The notes under the pieces: model-generated
Database searches by the model: none
What the model was told of the DNA's origin: nothing
What the model saw: the letters and a program-made list of their open reading frames with translations, nothing else
Translations under genes and position numbers: made by a program
Shown here: positions 11,876 to 25,100 of the stretch, one piece after another
How the letters are laid out: each line of letters begins with the position of its first letter
Numbering within the stretch: position 1 is the first letter of the stretch
NCBI RefSeq assembly: GCF_009834535.1
Contig: NC_045696.1
Span: 30,444,001-30,508,000 of the forward strand
Direction of reading: 5' to 3'
From: Camelus ferus
Taxonomy: Eukaryota
Length of the DNA: 64,000 nt

Positions 11876-13433
11876 CTAACTTATTTGAGAGAAAGAATTA
11901 TTGAATGGAAAGTTACTTTGAAAGAACTGGACAGGGAGAAGGGAGGTGGAAATTTGTAAACACCACGGGACAGGAAGTCAAACAAAGCATCCTTCGACCG
12001 TATCATGTCTTTAGGAGCCTGATTGTTCCACTGGAGGAGTCAATGTGCTTTTTAACCAATGAGTTCTAGAAGTCCCCTTCCAGATTTTTCTCTCTTATTC
12101 TCCTTTCTCTTTGATGGAATATCTATTTTTTTAAATCAGTATTTTTCATGTTAGCACCACAGAGTTAGCTATTATGTGAAAGAATTCCATTTTTTTAAGA
12201 TGGTTTGGCAATGATTTGATATGATCCAGTAAAAGTTGATTTTATTATCCACATTCTCAGAGATTTTAGGACTTGTAGACCTCAAATAAAATCATTTGTT
12301 TAACAGGGTTGGAAAACATAAGAGGTATAAAAGAACTAATGGTAAAAACTAAACACATTGAATTATTTGTGTAATACTCTCAATTATAATAGAGAAGGGA
12401 AAAATGCAATAGTAAGAGAATCCATGGTATATAGGGAAAATTCATATAGCAAATGCAGTGTCAGAATATTCCAACTGGCCTATATTTAGTTGTATAATTT
12501 TTATTCTAATTTTTGGAAATATCTGATGTATAAAGAGAGCTAGTTGAGAAGAACAATAATGGTTAAGAAAATTAGGAAATAGAAATAAGACACAGATCTT
12601 CATAAAATGTTAAGAATAACAGTGATTCATAAGAAATTTATTGAGCATTTGCTATGTGTCAGCTACATGATTTGGAGTACATTAATATAAGATAAAATAT
12701 AAATTTTAAAATTTAAAATTATAATTATATAGCTTTATATAATTATAAAGTTTTACAGTTATATCAAGTATGTAAAAATACAACCATATGGGAAAAAAAT
12801 AGTGTAAGCCTAAATTCCATAGCAAGGAAATCATATGGAATATTCTATGCTTTTCTCCAAAAGAATTTATACATTTTGGGGATTAAATATCTTATACTGT
12901 CTTTTCTTAAATCTCTATCAACATGCTCTGTATGAAACTTTTTGTTAATTTTTATTAAATGGTCAAAGCAACTATCAATATTGCATTGGAAATGAAGTTT
13001 TAGCAATAAGATTAATCAAAATGGTTAAAATACTTCTTTTTTATAACTTAAAAGCTAAATGTAAGCACTAGCATATGTTTTAATATTACTTTCAATTTTA
13101 GACATAATCTTAAGACCAAATTTGTTTGGCTGTTATTATTATTCCTATAAAATAAGTTCAAACTCTTAAAAATATGTGTTGGATAGTTTCCTAATGGTCT
13201 ATAATATACGCATTTTAACTTGTTTTTAAAGATTTGAAATTTAGAGTCATGTATTAGAAATTTCATTTTTTCTTTCCTATGTCAAATCTTTAAAAGGTTA
13301 AAGTTATTATTGTTATGGTGGAAAATATCTTTTCCAAAATGCCAAAATGAATTAATATCTATGTAATGTCATAAAGAAACTTTAAGTTCCATATAATGTT
13401 CAAAGAACTGATTGCTATCTTTTCTATTATAGA

Positions 13434-14090
13434 TGTCAAAGCACTCTACCTGCCCTGGCTGTATTCCAATTCCTGATCCATGAGTCTTCCTTCTGCAATA
13501 GAAAGGCTGTGTACCCTGAAGGCATCGACTGCCACCTCTTCACTCCCAGCCACAACTAACTGGACCAGAGGGTGACCTATCCTCTAGTCATCTCTGGGTC
13601 ACTTGACAAGTAAAGGTAAGCTGAGGCAATCAAATTCTCTAATTCAGAAATTTAAATTCATAATCTAAGAAAGAATTGTCTGATTAGAAGTAAGAGGAGA
13701 AAACAGTATGTAGAGAGACACATGATTGGGTAGACTGTGATGTCATGTAGAAAACAAACTAATGGGAAAACAGAGCTTGTGAGTGAGCAGAAGCCAATCA
13801 CAGTGGGATGAGTAAAGCAGACATACGCATTGTCAGAAGAAACGTATTATCTGCAAAGGACTAGAGCAAAGAGTGGTGAACTCTCTCTCAGGTGCCTTGA
13901 ACCTGTGTGAATCTAGAACTACACTCCTGCTCTGGACCCTCTTTGGTCTGACTTATTATGTTTTCTGTTTTCATAAATCTTCATGGAAGTACTCTCATAG
14001 CTTCACATGTATCATTATAATAATATCCTCCTACCTGGTTTAGTGTGACTGGTCTCTGTGTTTTACAGCCAAAAAGGTTTTGTCTAAACT
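13434..14090 (+). mobile_element. Old MaLR LTR (MLT1K/L/M-like)
   Basis: cccagccacaactaactggaccagag...gctgaggcaatcaaattctct...gtctctgtgttttacagccaaaa. Confidence 0.55.
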
Positions 14091-14103
14091 ATACTTTTAA
14101 CTA

Positions 14104-14537
14104 TGTAGTAGCTTGGGTAGTGGCCCCCAAAAAAGATTTGTCATGGAAACTGTGCATGTGACCTTCTTTGGAAGAAGGGTCTTTGCAGATGAATGAAGTT
14201 AGAGATCTCAAGATGAGATCATCCTGCATTATCCTATTGGGCCCCGAATCCAATGACAGGAGTTTTTATGAGAGACAGGAAGGAAGACACAGACCCAGGA
14301 GGACGCTGTGTGGAGACAGAGGCAGAGATCAGAGTGATGCAGGTGCAAGAAATGTGTTGAGTCAACCAGAACCTGGAAGAGGCAAGATTCTCCCCTAGAG
14401 CCTTTGAAGTGAGTGCAGCTCTGCTGACAACCTGATTTTTGAACTTCTGCCTTGCAGAACCATGAAACAGTACATTTCTGTTATTTTAAGCCACCAAAAT
14501 TGTGATGCTTACAGCAACCCTAGGAAATGCCCAAATA
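14104..14537 (+). mobile_element. MaLR LTR MLT1B/C-like
   Basis: atgtgaccttctttggaagaagggtctttgcagatg...gatgagatcatcctg...ggaagaggcaagattctcccctagagcc...ttttaagccacc. Confidence 0.88.
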
Positions 14538-15074
14538 CTTAGGATTTTTTTACCCCCACATTGAAAGTGAGTGGCAGGGGTTTTCATTAAATAGGTAGTG
14601 AATATATAAACCGTGCCTCTATTTTCTTAAATAGAATATTATGAATATAATTTAGATGATTTCCTTAACTCTGGACAAACTTTAGCAACTTTGCTTTTGT
14701 ATTCTGCAAAGATAATGGCTTGGCAGTGACTGTAAATGTTGATAGAGCTGTTGGTCCCCATGCCGTGGCCCTCGGTTGCTAGATCTTCCTGAATTAGTGG
14801 TTCTCCTTTATGGCAGTATCATTTTAGTTTGTTTAGTCTCTAATAGTTATGATTTTATTTTTCACTTATTAAGAATATTCTAACACAAAAATCATTTACA
14901 AGTTTATTATTATGCATATTAATGTTTATCTTTTATAGAATTGCAATTCTTTCAAAAGCTACTACAGGTACTAGAACAAAAAATCTGTAATTTTTATTTT
15001 AGGTATTTTTGGATTTGTTCTGTGTTTAAAGCAAGGCATTAAACATTATGTCTTATCTATAAAAATTAAACCAA

Positions 15075-15225
15075 ACTATTTAGCATCTCTTTACCTCAGT
15101 TTCCCTATTTGTGAAATGGAGATATGGTTAACTATTTCATAGATGTGTAGGAATTAAATTAATTAATATATGTAAGCACTTCGATCAGTGTAGTTTTATA
15201 TTAAACACTCAATAAATCTCTAGTA
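15075..15225 (+). mobile_element. MIR SINE
   Basis: cctcagtttccctatttgtgaaatggagata...tatgtaagcactt...cactcaataaat. Confidence 0.8.
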
Positions 15226-16375
15226 TTGGCTAAACCTGCTATTTATAACTATTAATGAATTAGTTATTACTAATTTTGATTTTGTATATTTAGCAGTACA
15301 TCCACCTCCTAAAAATTTACTTGTACTAGAAACAACATAATTGTGTTTTACACATATATATATTTTAAGTATAAATATATAGTCTCAGATCAGTGACCAA
15401 ATGGGAGCAGTGTTTCTTCTAACTGCCCACGTTTTTGTGCTGGCTTTTATAGTACGTGTTTTTATTTCTGAGTCACTTTTTATATAGCTTATTCAAAACT
15501 AAGCTTGTTAAAATTCCCCCAGCATCTTTCCTTTGATACACATGGACAAAAGCATCACTAGATTGCATCTTTCCCAAACTCAAAATACAGAATTTATCAT
15601 CAACTCTTCTTCTGCCCTTAAAATGATATCCAATCTGTTAACAATCTTTTCAATTCCAACTCTAAACCCCACACTTTGAGACCCAATCCTACCTCCACTC
15701 CTATGTTTCAGGCGTTATTTTCTATAGCTTGAGATATGGAGAAAGCCATCTAATTTCCCTCCTCTAGAGGGTGTGCATGTGTGTTTGAGACTAAAGGGAA
15801 ACAACATAAACAGATTCCCAACTTCATGCACAATGCACGTGCAAAAATAGAAGCTCTTGCTATATCTCAGCTGTAATGTCCCATGAGGGCTGCCATTCCT
15901 TGATTCTGAAAAACCTGAGTGATTAACAATTATGACACAATAAGGATTATAAAAATCACCTCTACTCTCTGCAACTCTAATTTCAAGTATCAGTCCAGCC
16001 ACTAGCATCAGTCAGGTTCCTGGTACAAGTCCTAGGACAAGTGCTAGAGGAGAGAATACTCTTCTTTCTTTTTAGGTATTAGGTTCTTCGAACTTTTTCC
16101 CACCTTAAAACTACATTACGCATGATGATACAGTCCTAGAATTTCTAAAGTTCAGCAATAATTTGGGTAAAATAGGATTTTATGATAAAAAAGCAATTAA
16201 GGAGAATTTTAGATATTATTTCTGAACTGAAACAAATGACACAGATGGAAAATTCAAAGTGCTAAGATAATACATTGCAAAAGGCTGTCTCTATATCATT
16301 TATACATGCATTAACTACATACAGACACATACATCAGCATGTGCTTACACAGAGTAGTATGTCACACTTGCCCCT

Positions 16376-17900
16376 GTTAGAGCTTTTGTGCCTTACCAAT
16401 ATCCTTTGGCAGAGCGTGGATTTTAGCAAGATAGTCACCAACATTATATCATGAAAGATCACTAGTATTGGCAAGATAAATCTCACCGTCTTTGGGTAGT
16501 CACCCTAAAAAGGTAATGATCCAGTTACCTATCCAAATGGGCTATAACAAGAATAACTATGACACTCTGAAAGGTGAGAGGTACAGACTTCCTGTTATAA
16601 AATTAAAAAGTCATGTGGATGTAATATACAACATGGTGACTATAGTTAACAATACTGTACTGCATATTTGAAAGTTATGAGAATAGATCTTAAAAGTCCT
16701 TATCACAAGAAAACAAATTTTTTGTAACTACATGTGGTGATGGATATTAGACTCAGGTGATTATTTTGTGATATATACAGATTATCAAATCATCATGCTA
16801 TACAATGAAAACTAATAATGTTACATTTTAATTACACTTCAATGAAAGAAAATAATCAAATCCTTAAAAAAAAAAAAAAAAGGTGAGAGTAAAGGCAGCA
16901 GGGAAGGAGGCCCAGGGAAAAGAAATTTCAGGGGCCCCATATGAGGCTTTCTCTGTGAAGTGAAAGGTGTATTTCATTGTTTTCTGAACTTTCTCACATA
17001 AAGGCACTTCTTTTCCTTGTTCTGACACTTACAGGTGGAGTGACTGTCCTTGGCAAATTGCACCTATCTATAGCCAGAAGAGGCAACAGGGATCTACTCT
17101 GTCATTAGAGATCCCTCTGTAGGGTTGAGAGAAAACGGAGTGGGCTAGAGGCTACAGCTATCAGGAAGTGGGCGTGAGCTGCAGGATCGAGGCAGCTGGG
17201 TCATCAGACACGGCTGTCTCAATTCATGCCTGTTGCCAAAACTACTCCAACAAAGCCCCACCTGGCAACTCAAGGACTTTCTGTTCGAGCCTTGGATCAC
17301 AAAAAGATAGACTAGGAATAAAGATGAGTGGTTTTGTTTGTATGAAATATGAGCTAAAATGGAAAGGCCACCTTCCCATTTCAACCACACAGAATTGGTA
17401 GGGAAAAAAAAATTCACTATCAGGAAAACACTATATACACACCAATATTTAGTCAATCTCCATAGCAAGAAATAAAAATCCCAGTTGAAAGAACGAGACA
17501 AAAAGTTCACTCCAGGTCATAACAGTCGGGGAGAACTGAAATCCACACAGGCACACAGAACTGATCATCTAACTACGACCTCAGTGTTACAGGTCGTTGG
17601 GAGTTCAGAAAGCAGTCCCAGATGCTTAGGGAGTTAGAACAAAGGTCCCTTTATAAAGCTGGGGACTGTGAATGGTTGTAGAGTCCATCAGTGGACCTGG
17701 AAAACTCTGCCTGTATCTGGGAATATATCACAGCAGTATGCCACCTGACTGAGCCAGGAGAAGAAAAAGCCTCTTGCTAGAAGTCTGACTCACATAACTA
17801 TGCTGTTTGCAATGAATGGTTTGAATTTTAAATACCTGGGAATGGTAAAGCCTCGTGCTTAAGCTCACATGGGTTTGGTTCCCATTCTTACTACCAGGGG
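16376..17900. mobile_element. Possible ancient LTR (LTR78/79-like), interrupted by an L1 tail
   Basis: GC-richer block starting tgttagagcttttgtgccttaccaatatc. Family recall is weak and the right boundary is uncertain. Confidence 0.3.
16581..16878 (+). mobile_element. 5'-truncated L1 3' end (L1MA9-related, laurasiatherian) with poly(A)
   Basis: catggtgactatagttaacaatactgtactgcatatttgaaagtt..., an A16 tail, and the 11-bp TSD AAAGGTGAGAG at 16570-16580 and 16879-16889. Confidence 0.9.
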
Positions 17901-18122
17901 AGTGGTGTCCATTGTATTTAGGTGGAATTTGATTGCACTTGGCCTCAGCTGTGTTAGATGGTGCTTGCTTTCTGCTCTGGGACTTGTCTGTGAGGACCTA
18001 AGCAAGCATTCCAACTCATTTGTAAGCCTGGAAATTCCAGGGAATTTGCACATTAAGGGGTAACCACTGACCAATTGAGAGAAAAAGCTGATGTATAAAT
18101 ACTATTTTGTGTTTCTTGCAAG

Positions 18123-18302
18123 CAAGGTTGCCAGATGTAGCAAATAAAAATACCAGACACCAATTAAATTTGAATTTTATATAAATAGGAAATTTTACGA
18201 TAAAAAATCCCATGCAATATTTGGGATTTATGTTAAAATTTATTGTTGTTTGTCTGAAATTCAAATGTAACCGTGTGTTCCATATTTTATCTCTCAATCC
18301 TG
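18123..18302. mobile_element. MER53 palindromic hAT MITE
   Basis: aggttgccagat...ttaaatttgaattt...tcccatgcaatatttggga...tctgaaattcaaat...tattttatctctcaatcctg. Confidence 0.88.
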
Positions 18303-18586
18303 CTTAAGAGGGCAATTCTAAGGCATTCTAAATGGCTCCTCAGAGTAGCCCCAGCGGGGGTAGAGCCCCATGTGCCCATAGCCATGACTGACTTGATAGC
18401 CCAGCTTTCGATGGGCTTCCCTTCTTTCTTCCTTTATGCTGGCCAGTTTCTCATTCCCTTATCTAGCGATCAGTTCTCAAAATAAGGTAACAGCACACAG
18501 AGTGTGTTTATTTTGAGAGCAACCACAAAACCTATAGAAAAGACACCCTCAGGATGGGATTCTAGAACTAAATAGCTCACTGGGAA

Positions 18587-18904
18587 GCAGCAACTGAACA
18601 TTTTTGTGTTTTCCTCTAAAATTCATATGCTGATAACCTAGTGCCCAAGGTGACGTCTATGGGAAGTCAGGTCATGAGGTCGAACTCTCACGAGTGGGAT
18701 CAGTGCCCTTATAAAAGAGGCCCCAGAGAGATCCCTCTCACCTTCTGTCATGTTAGGATGTAAGAAATCTGCAGCCTGAAAGAGAGTCCTCATCTGACCA
18801 TACCTCCATCCTGATCTCAGACTTCCAGCCTCGAGAACTGTGAGAAATAAATAAACCACCCAATCTGTGGTATTTTATTACAGCAGCCTAAATGGACTAA
18901 GACA
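18587..18904 (+). mobile_element. MaLR LTR MLT1A0-like
   Basis: aaattcatatg...gggatcagtgcccttataaaagaggcc...gacttccagcctcgagaactgtgagaaataaat...gactaagaca. Confidence 0.88.
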
Positions 18905-20707
18905 GTGATAATTCCTAGCATCCAATAGTAGCAGAATAAAAAAAAATGAAAATTCTCACATACGATGGATTGGGATTAGGTACTAGAGGAAGGTAAGGTA
19001 TTGAATTATGCAGTATCTCTCCAAGGACTGTGTAGAGTTAACTACTTTGTTTTTTGTTTATTTTTGTTTTTGCTTTTATGGTTTTTTTCTATTTACATTT
19101 CAAATCCTATTAGTTTTTTTTAAATAAATTTATTGTGGTATAATTTCTGTACAGTAAACTACTCATACTTTAGATGTACAATTTGATGGATTTTGATAGA
19201 TGTATATACCTGTGAAACCACCATAATGGATTAAAAATCCAATGTTTGTTCATGGTCTTGAAATAGAAAACAAAACAGAACAGAACATGGACCAACTCTT
19301 AACTCGAGGAATGCTGCAAGCGATAATTGTCTTTATATAATTGTTTTTGTTGCTGCTGTTTGTGATGTAAGGTGGTATTCAAATTACATATTATCACGTA
19401 AGTAGAACCAATTCCATCCTTTCATTCGTTGAGAATTTGTCATTTCTTCATTGGTTTGTGGTGTCATCTCTGTCATATGTTGTTTTCATATTCCTGTATG
19501 TCTATATCTGAGCTTTTAAATCTATTCTTTTCTGTTTATTTTTCCCTAAACCAACACCATGGTATTTTAATTATTTTAGCTTAATGTTAAATCTTTTAGC
19601 TAGTAAAGAAAGTGAGTGCCCTATGTTGTTTTTCAAGATAGAATATTGGATATTCTAAAAAAAAAAAAAAAAAAAAACTCTTTAGATTTTGCCTGGTATT
19701 GCATTGAACCTAAAGTCAATTTGGAAAGAATTTTATCTTCATGATATTATACTTTACAGTCCATAAACATGTTGTGTTTGTTTATTTAATTAGATCTTTT
19801 AAAATGTTTCTCAATAAAGTTTTATGATTTTTCCCAAACAGGACTCTCACATACATTGTGAGATTTCTTTCCAGATATTTTGTATTTTCTATAATATTCT
19901 AAATAGTATCTTTCAAAATTCCATTTAACTGCTTATTGCTTGTAGGTAGAAAATAAATAGATCTCTATATTGATTTTGTATCCAGCATCCTTGATAAACT
20001 TTCTTTTTATTCCAATAATTTATCCACAGATCTTTGGATTTTTCTCTGTACACAATTATATCATCTGCAAGTAATGACAGTTTTATTTATTTCCTGCTGT
20101 TTCTTACGCTTCCTATTTTATTTTCTTGCTTTACTTTACTGCCTAGGGTCTCCAGTGAAGTTTCAAATAGAAGTAGTGGAAGTAGATCTTGTTACAATCC
20201 TGACTCTTTCACTGATCCATCACAAGTATGACATTTGCTATGTTTTCCGTAGATATCCTTAAGCAGATAATTTTCTCTTCTAAATTCTTTGTGGATTTTT
20301 ATCTTAAATATATTGAATTTATCTCTTATCTGATGCTACCAATATAATAATTTCATTATTTTAATCTGCTAATTTAAAGAATTACAGTAATTCTTTTTCA
20401 AATTTTAATAAACTTAAAGTCGATATTATTAAAATGTTAAATATTTTAAAAAATAGGACTCTAGGGAAAATTCAATTCTAATTAAAATTCCAGCAGGCAT
20501 ATTGGAAAAATTGGCAAAATGTCTATAAAGTGCATGTAGGAATGCACTTCTTCCTGCCTCCCTCATCCATCTAAGCAATGGACTAAATTGTTTTTCTAGA
20601 GCTGTACAGAAGTGAAATCACATGTGTGCATTCTTTTTTGTCTGAGTTCTTCCACTCAGCAGTTATTTTAAGATTCATACGTGTTGTTTTATATACAAGG
20701 AGCTCAT

Positions 20708-21655
20708 TTTTTTAAAAAAATTAATAAATTTTATTTTTATGGTAGTTTTATATTCACAGCAAATTTGAGCAAAAAGTACAGAGAATTTTCATATCCCCTT
20801 CCATATACTAGCTCAACATATGCACAATCTCCCTCAGTCTTGATATCCCACACCACAGTGGGACATTTCTTACAACTGATCAACCTACAGTGATACATCT
20901 TTATCACTCAAAGTCTATAGTTTATTCCCAGGTTCACTCTTAGTTTTGTATATTCTATGGGTTTGGACAAATGTGTAATGACATGTATTACCCACTATAG
21001 TTTGAAACAGAATAGATTCCTTGTCTTAAAAATCCTCTGTGCTCTGAATGACAATTAATCTTTTTCTCCCCACAACACCAACTCTTGGCAACCATTGATT
21101 CTTTTATTGCTTCTATAGTTTTGCCTTTTCCAGTATATCATATAGTTGGAATCATAAGGTATATAGACTTTTCAGATTGACTTCTTTGACTTAGTAATAT
21201 GCATTTAAGTTTACCCTATGTATTTTGACATTGTAATAGCTCATTTTTCAATGCTGAATAATATTTCATTGTCTTGATGTATCACAGACATTGTTAATTT
21301 TAATGAAGTCCAGGTTATCAGTTATTTCTTTCATGGTACATTGTATTTAAAAAGTCATTCTCATACCCAAGGTCATATAGATTTTATCCAATATTATCTT
21401 CTGGAAGTTTTACAGTTTGGCATTTTACATTTAGGTCTATGATCCATTTTGAGTACTTTTTGTGAAGGATATAATGTCTATATCTAGATTTTATTTTTAA
21501 TTTATTTTTTTGCATCTGTATGTCCATTTGTTGAAGAGACTATTTTTGCTCCACATTGTATTTCCTTTGCTCTCACATTTAGGTCTCTCATTCATTTTGA
21601 GTTACTTTTTGTATATGGTATAAAGTAGAAGTCTAACTTCATTATTTTGCATTCA
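20708..21655 (-). mobile_element. L1MC1/2-type 3' fragment inserted in the older L1 mosaic
   Basis: gtagttttatattcacagcaaatttgagcaaaaagtacagagaatt...tagttggaatcata...ttttcagattgacttcttt. Confidence 0.8.
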
Positions 21656-21756
21656 TTCTAATAATTTTTTTTCTCTTTCATCTTAAATTTTTTATCTTAA
21701 TCATTGCCTTTTGTCTAAGATCAGTCTATCAGAATTTGTTCTCATGGAAATTTCTT

Positions 21757-21804
21757 TGTGGAGAAATCTCAAATTTTCTCTGTGGAGAAATCTCAGATTT
21801 TCTC
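21757..21804. repeat. 24-bp tandem duplication
   Basis: tgtggagaaatctca(a/g)attttctc twice, with one mismatch. Confidence 0.95.
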
Positions 21805-21908
21805 AGTGAACTTTCTATTTTGCTTTAATTCATTGAAAGACACTTTTCTGGAGTAAAGCATTCTAAGTAGGCAGTTAGTTCATTTTTGAGTACTCATTTT
21901 CTTTTTTT

Positions 21909-22127
21909 TTAATTCACTTCTTTTTTTTGTTGATCTTGAGGATGAGTTGTCAGTCTGCTTGTGTCTCCTTTGAAGAGAAGGTAATCTATCATTTTTTTCT
22001 CGCCTGCTCCCAAGATATTCCCTTCAGCTTTGGCTTTTATCATTTTTATTATAATACAGACACATGTGGGTTTCTTTTTACTTGTCTTCTTGGGATTGAC
22101 TTGAATTCTCAGACTGCAGATTGGCAT
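21909..22127 (-). pseudogene. Decayed L1 ORF1p fragment
   Basis: NPKKTSKKKPTCVCIIIKMIKAKAEGNILGAGEKK...FKGDTSRLT resembles the L1 ORF1p segment PRHIIIK...KEKILKAAREK...FKG..IRLT. Confidence 0.7.
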
Positions 22128-25100
22128 TTTTAATAGTTATGGAAAAACTCAGCCATTATCATTTCAACTATTTATTGCTTCTTTCCTCATTATCTCTCTC
22201 ATTTTCTGGAAAATCCATTAAAAATATCCTCCATCTTTTGTGTGCTACCTTTTGTCTGTGTAAACTCTATAGTAAATTTTCTTCTTCAATGCATCTAACC
22301 CCTTGTTAAATCTAACTTTTAAATGTTTAATTTTACAACTTTCATTTTTCATTTCTACAAAGTCTATTGGATTCTTTGTTCTACTATTGCCTTTTATCAT
22401 TTTAGTTACTTGTTGATATTTTTCAGTTTTCATCTTGTTTAATTTGTCATATTCAGTATAATAGTTTAGAAGATGTACCTGACAGTTGTAATATCTGAAG
22501 TCTTTCTCTCTATTTCTGTTTATTTTGATTCCTGGCACTTTGTTTCCACATATGATATGTTATTTTTTGTTGTGGTACACTTATTACCTTTCAACAGTAA
22601 TTTGAAACCTATGTCAGAAGTACTTTTCTCTAGAGTAGATTTTTACTCGCTGTCACCAAGCAACTTGGTGCTACCAATTCCGTTGAGTCTCCAACCAGGC
22701 TTATAGCATAACGTCACTTGGACTCCCTTGGTGAAGAGAATCAAAGCTGCTAATATGTGGCAAAGTCAATTATTGGTCACAGCATCTCAGAATCCTTTGT
22801 CCTTTCATTTTATGGCCTCTGCTTGTCTCAGGGGCAAGGCAAATTTTTGTTTAGGTATCAGAGATCAGGTTTGCTTCTTTTTATCCTTACCATGATAATA
22901 TTATACATTAAGATCCCATTTTAATATGCTGTAGTCTTCTATTAGACTCACCTCTTTGGGAAGTTGAACAGCCTTTATTCCACCTACTTTTCTTATATAG
23001 GCATCATATTAAGCTCAAGATAGCTTGTTCAACAAATGCTGTCAATGCAAAATCATTTAATAAATAATTCTGGTCTTTAAATACCAGTCTCCACACTTAC
23101 ACTTCTCTTATATGGTTGACAAACAGTTTCTTTATATCCTTTATTTCTTAAATATTCTTAAAGAATTTAGAAAATATTTTATCCAGCATTTTGCATTGTT
23201 TTCAGTAGAAGAGGTAGCTCAAGTATTCTAGTTTTTCACTTCTGGTAACAGAAGTCTTTCATCCATGATATTTAATGCTAGAGAAGAATTCTGGGTTGCT
23301 TACTAACCTCACTTTTTGCTGTTAGTATTAAGTATGCAGACTTGAGGGAGTTTACTTAATGACCTTCAGTGAAACGAAGGTCCATCTTTATTAGATGATG
23401 GCTCTAACAGCTTGGCACAAGAGCACAGAGAAAAACATTCTGTGAAAAACATTTCAGTTATATTGACAGAGGAAGAATCTTTGCAGTAGACTCAGGCTCG
23501 AGACAATAAGTAGATATATGATAATGGCTTATTGGAAGTAAGCGCAGTATCTATTGTCAGTTTAGAAGGCCCAGCCATACACAGCTGATAAGATATTGCA
23601 TCGCAACAACCTTTTCCTTGGAGAATTAAAGGAAAAAATAGAATCCACCTAAGCACTGGATGACAGAAGGATGAGCACACCATGTTTAATGGAAAGACAA
23701 GGGGGCAAGGGATGAGCACAATGACCCTGTTCTCCTAGTTTATGAGATTTGGGTCACTTCTGCTTTTATACTGGATGGGGTGTCAGTGCCTCTCCCTTAA
23801 CCTTAATCAGAAAAACCTCAGATTTTACAAGGTAATGGTATGAGTGGAAGTAGAACATTGGTGTACAAACCACGACCACAGAGCACTACTCATGCAGAAG
23901 CAGTTGGAGATTCCATGAGGTTCACCTCTACCTAAAATCTACTGTGCCCAGAGAAGTCACAGCTATGTAGCTAAACATGGCCTTGTGTGGCGACCACAGC
24001 AGTTTCATATTCCTGAATTCTGTATTCAAAAGGAAGGTAGGAAGCATCACTCTCCTTTGCTATGGTTCAAATTATTCCACCAAGGAGAAAGAGTGGTGAA
24101 AAAAATTCTTTTTGTACTCTTTTTCCTCAGCTCCTTCAGTTCTGGTGGGAAGAAGACTTCTCTCGTAATAATATAAGGACTGGTGATCAAGATTAGCAGG
24201 TGAAAAGTTGGTTATTCTTCTAGATGCTCCCATCTGAGATGATGGAACAGCCCAACACTGCCCTCTGCAATTGGAAGAAGGAATAGGTTTATCTCTCCAT
24301 GGTCTGAATGGAAAGTGACAGACTGAAAATGTAGTCATCTAGGCAGAGTACAGGAAAGTAGAAGAGGAAATGGGAGAGAAACTAAGTGAAAAGGGACTTC
24401 CGTGGTTTCATGATTGGCTTTCTGTACAGCTTGTTTTTTTCAGGTCATAGATTGCACCTGCATCAGCACAATCTCTCGATGACTTCAGGGCCTCATGGCT
24501 TGCCTGTACTCATGCAACACCAATATGTAAAATTATCGTTTTGAAATTGTTTTTGTTTTTCATAAGGCATTCTCTAAAAATGAAGTATCTTGCAGGTTAT
24601 TCTTCATATTTGATTTTTTAAAAGTGAGACAGACCTAAGATATTGAAGATATTTTTAAGAGACAATATAAAAACAAATATGTTCATTTATTATAAACATA
24701 TTCACTGTAATATATATTTGATATAAATGTCAGAAATGAAAAGAAATTAGGTACCAGCAAGTTCAGGAGAGTTGACATGAGGAAAACATTCCAATACTCA
24801 GAAAAGTGGTTTCTCAAAGGTAAATTACCTCTTCCTAACAAAATTAAATAACTCATTTCATCTTGTTTAGTCATTTAATTATCCTATAAAAATAAAAAGT
24901 CAGGGAGCAAAGCTCAATAAAAGCAAAAAAATATTTAATTTTTATCTTACAGTGAGGCATACAGTTTAGTAGTTAACAATAAAATGTTTTAATCCATATG
25001 CTACTCAAGGTTTTCTTTTAAACTAGAAATTACAAAGTGCTAATTAGAGTGTGGGCTGCATATCAAAATACACTGCTCTATTGAAAACATGTTTAGATAA

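Larger units (their letters stand above)
19113..23255 (-). mobile_element. Mosaic of old L1 fragments (L1ME-type 3' end, ORF2, ORF1 and 5' end)
   Basis: T-rich antisense L1 sequence with ORF2-like ggtattgcattgaacctaaagtcaatttgg, an ORF1 remnant at 21909-22127 and a 5' terminus ...cttctggtaacagaagtc. Confidence 0.75.

Noticed and set aside
17145..17510. Overlapping 121-aa and 77-aa ORFs
   Set aside because: They lie within a probable ancient LTR and show no protein-like features I recognise.
19657..19677. Long A-run suggesting a retrocopy tail
   Set aside because: No TSD; it looks like an expansion of a short A-run in the antisense L1 ORF2.
24072..24338. 88-aa minus-strand ATG ORF preceded by a polypyrimidine tract
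   Set aside because: No convincing donor and no recognisable homology; within chance length.
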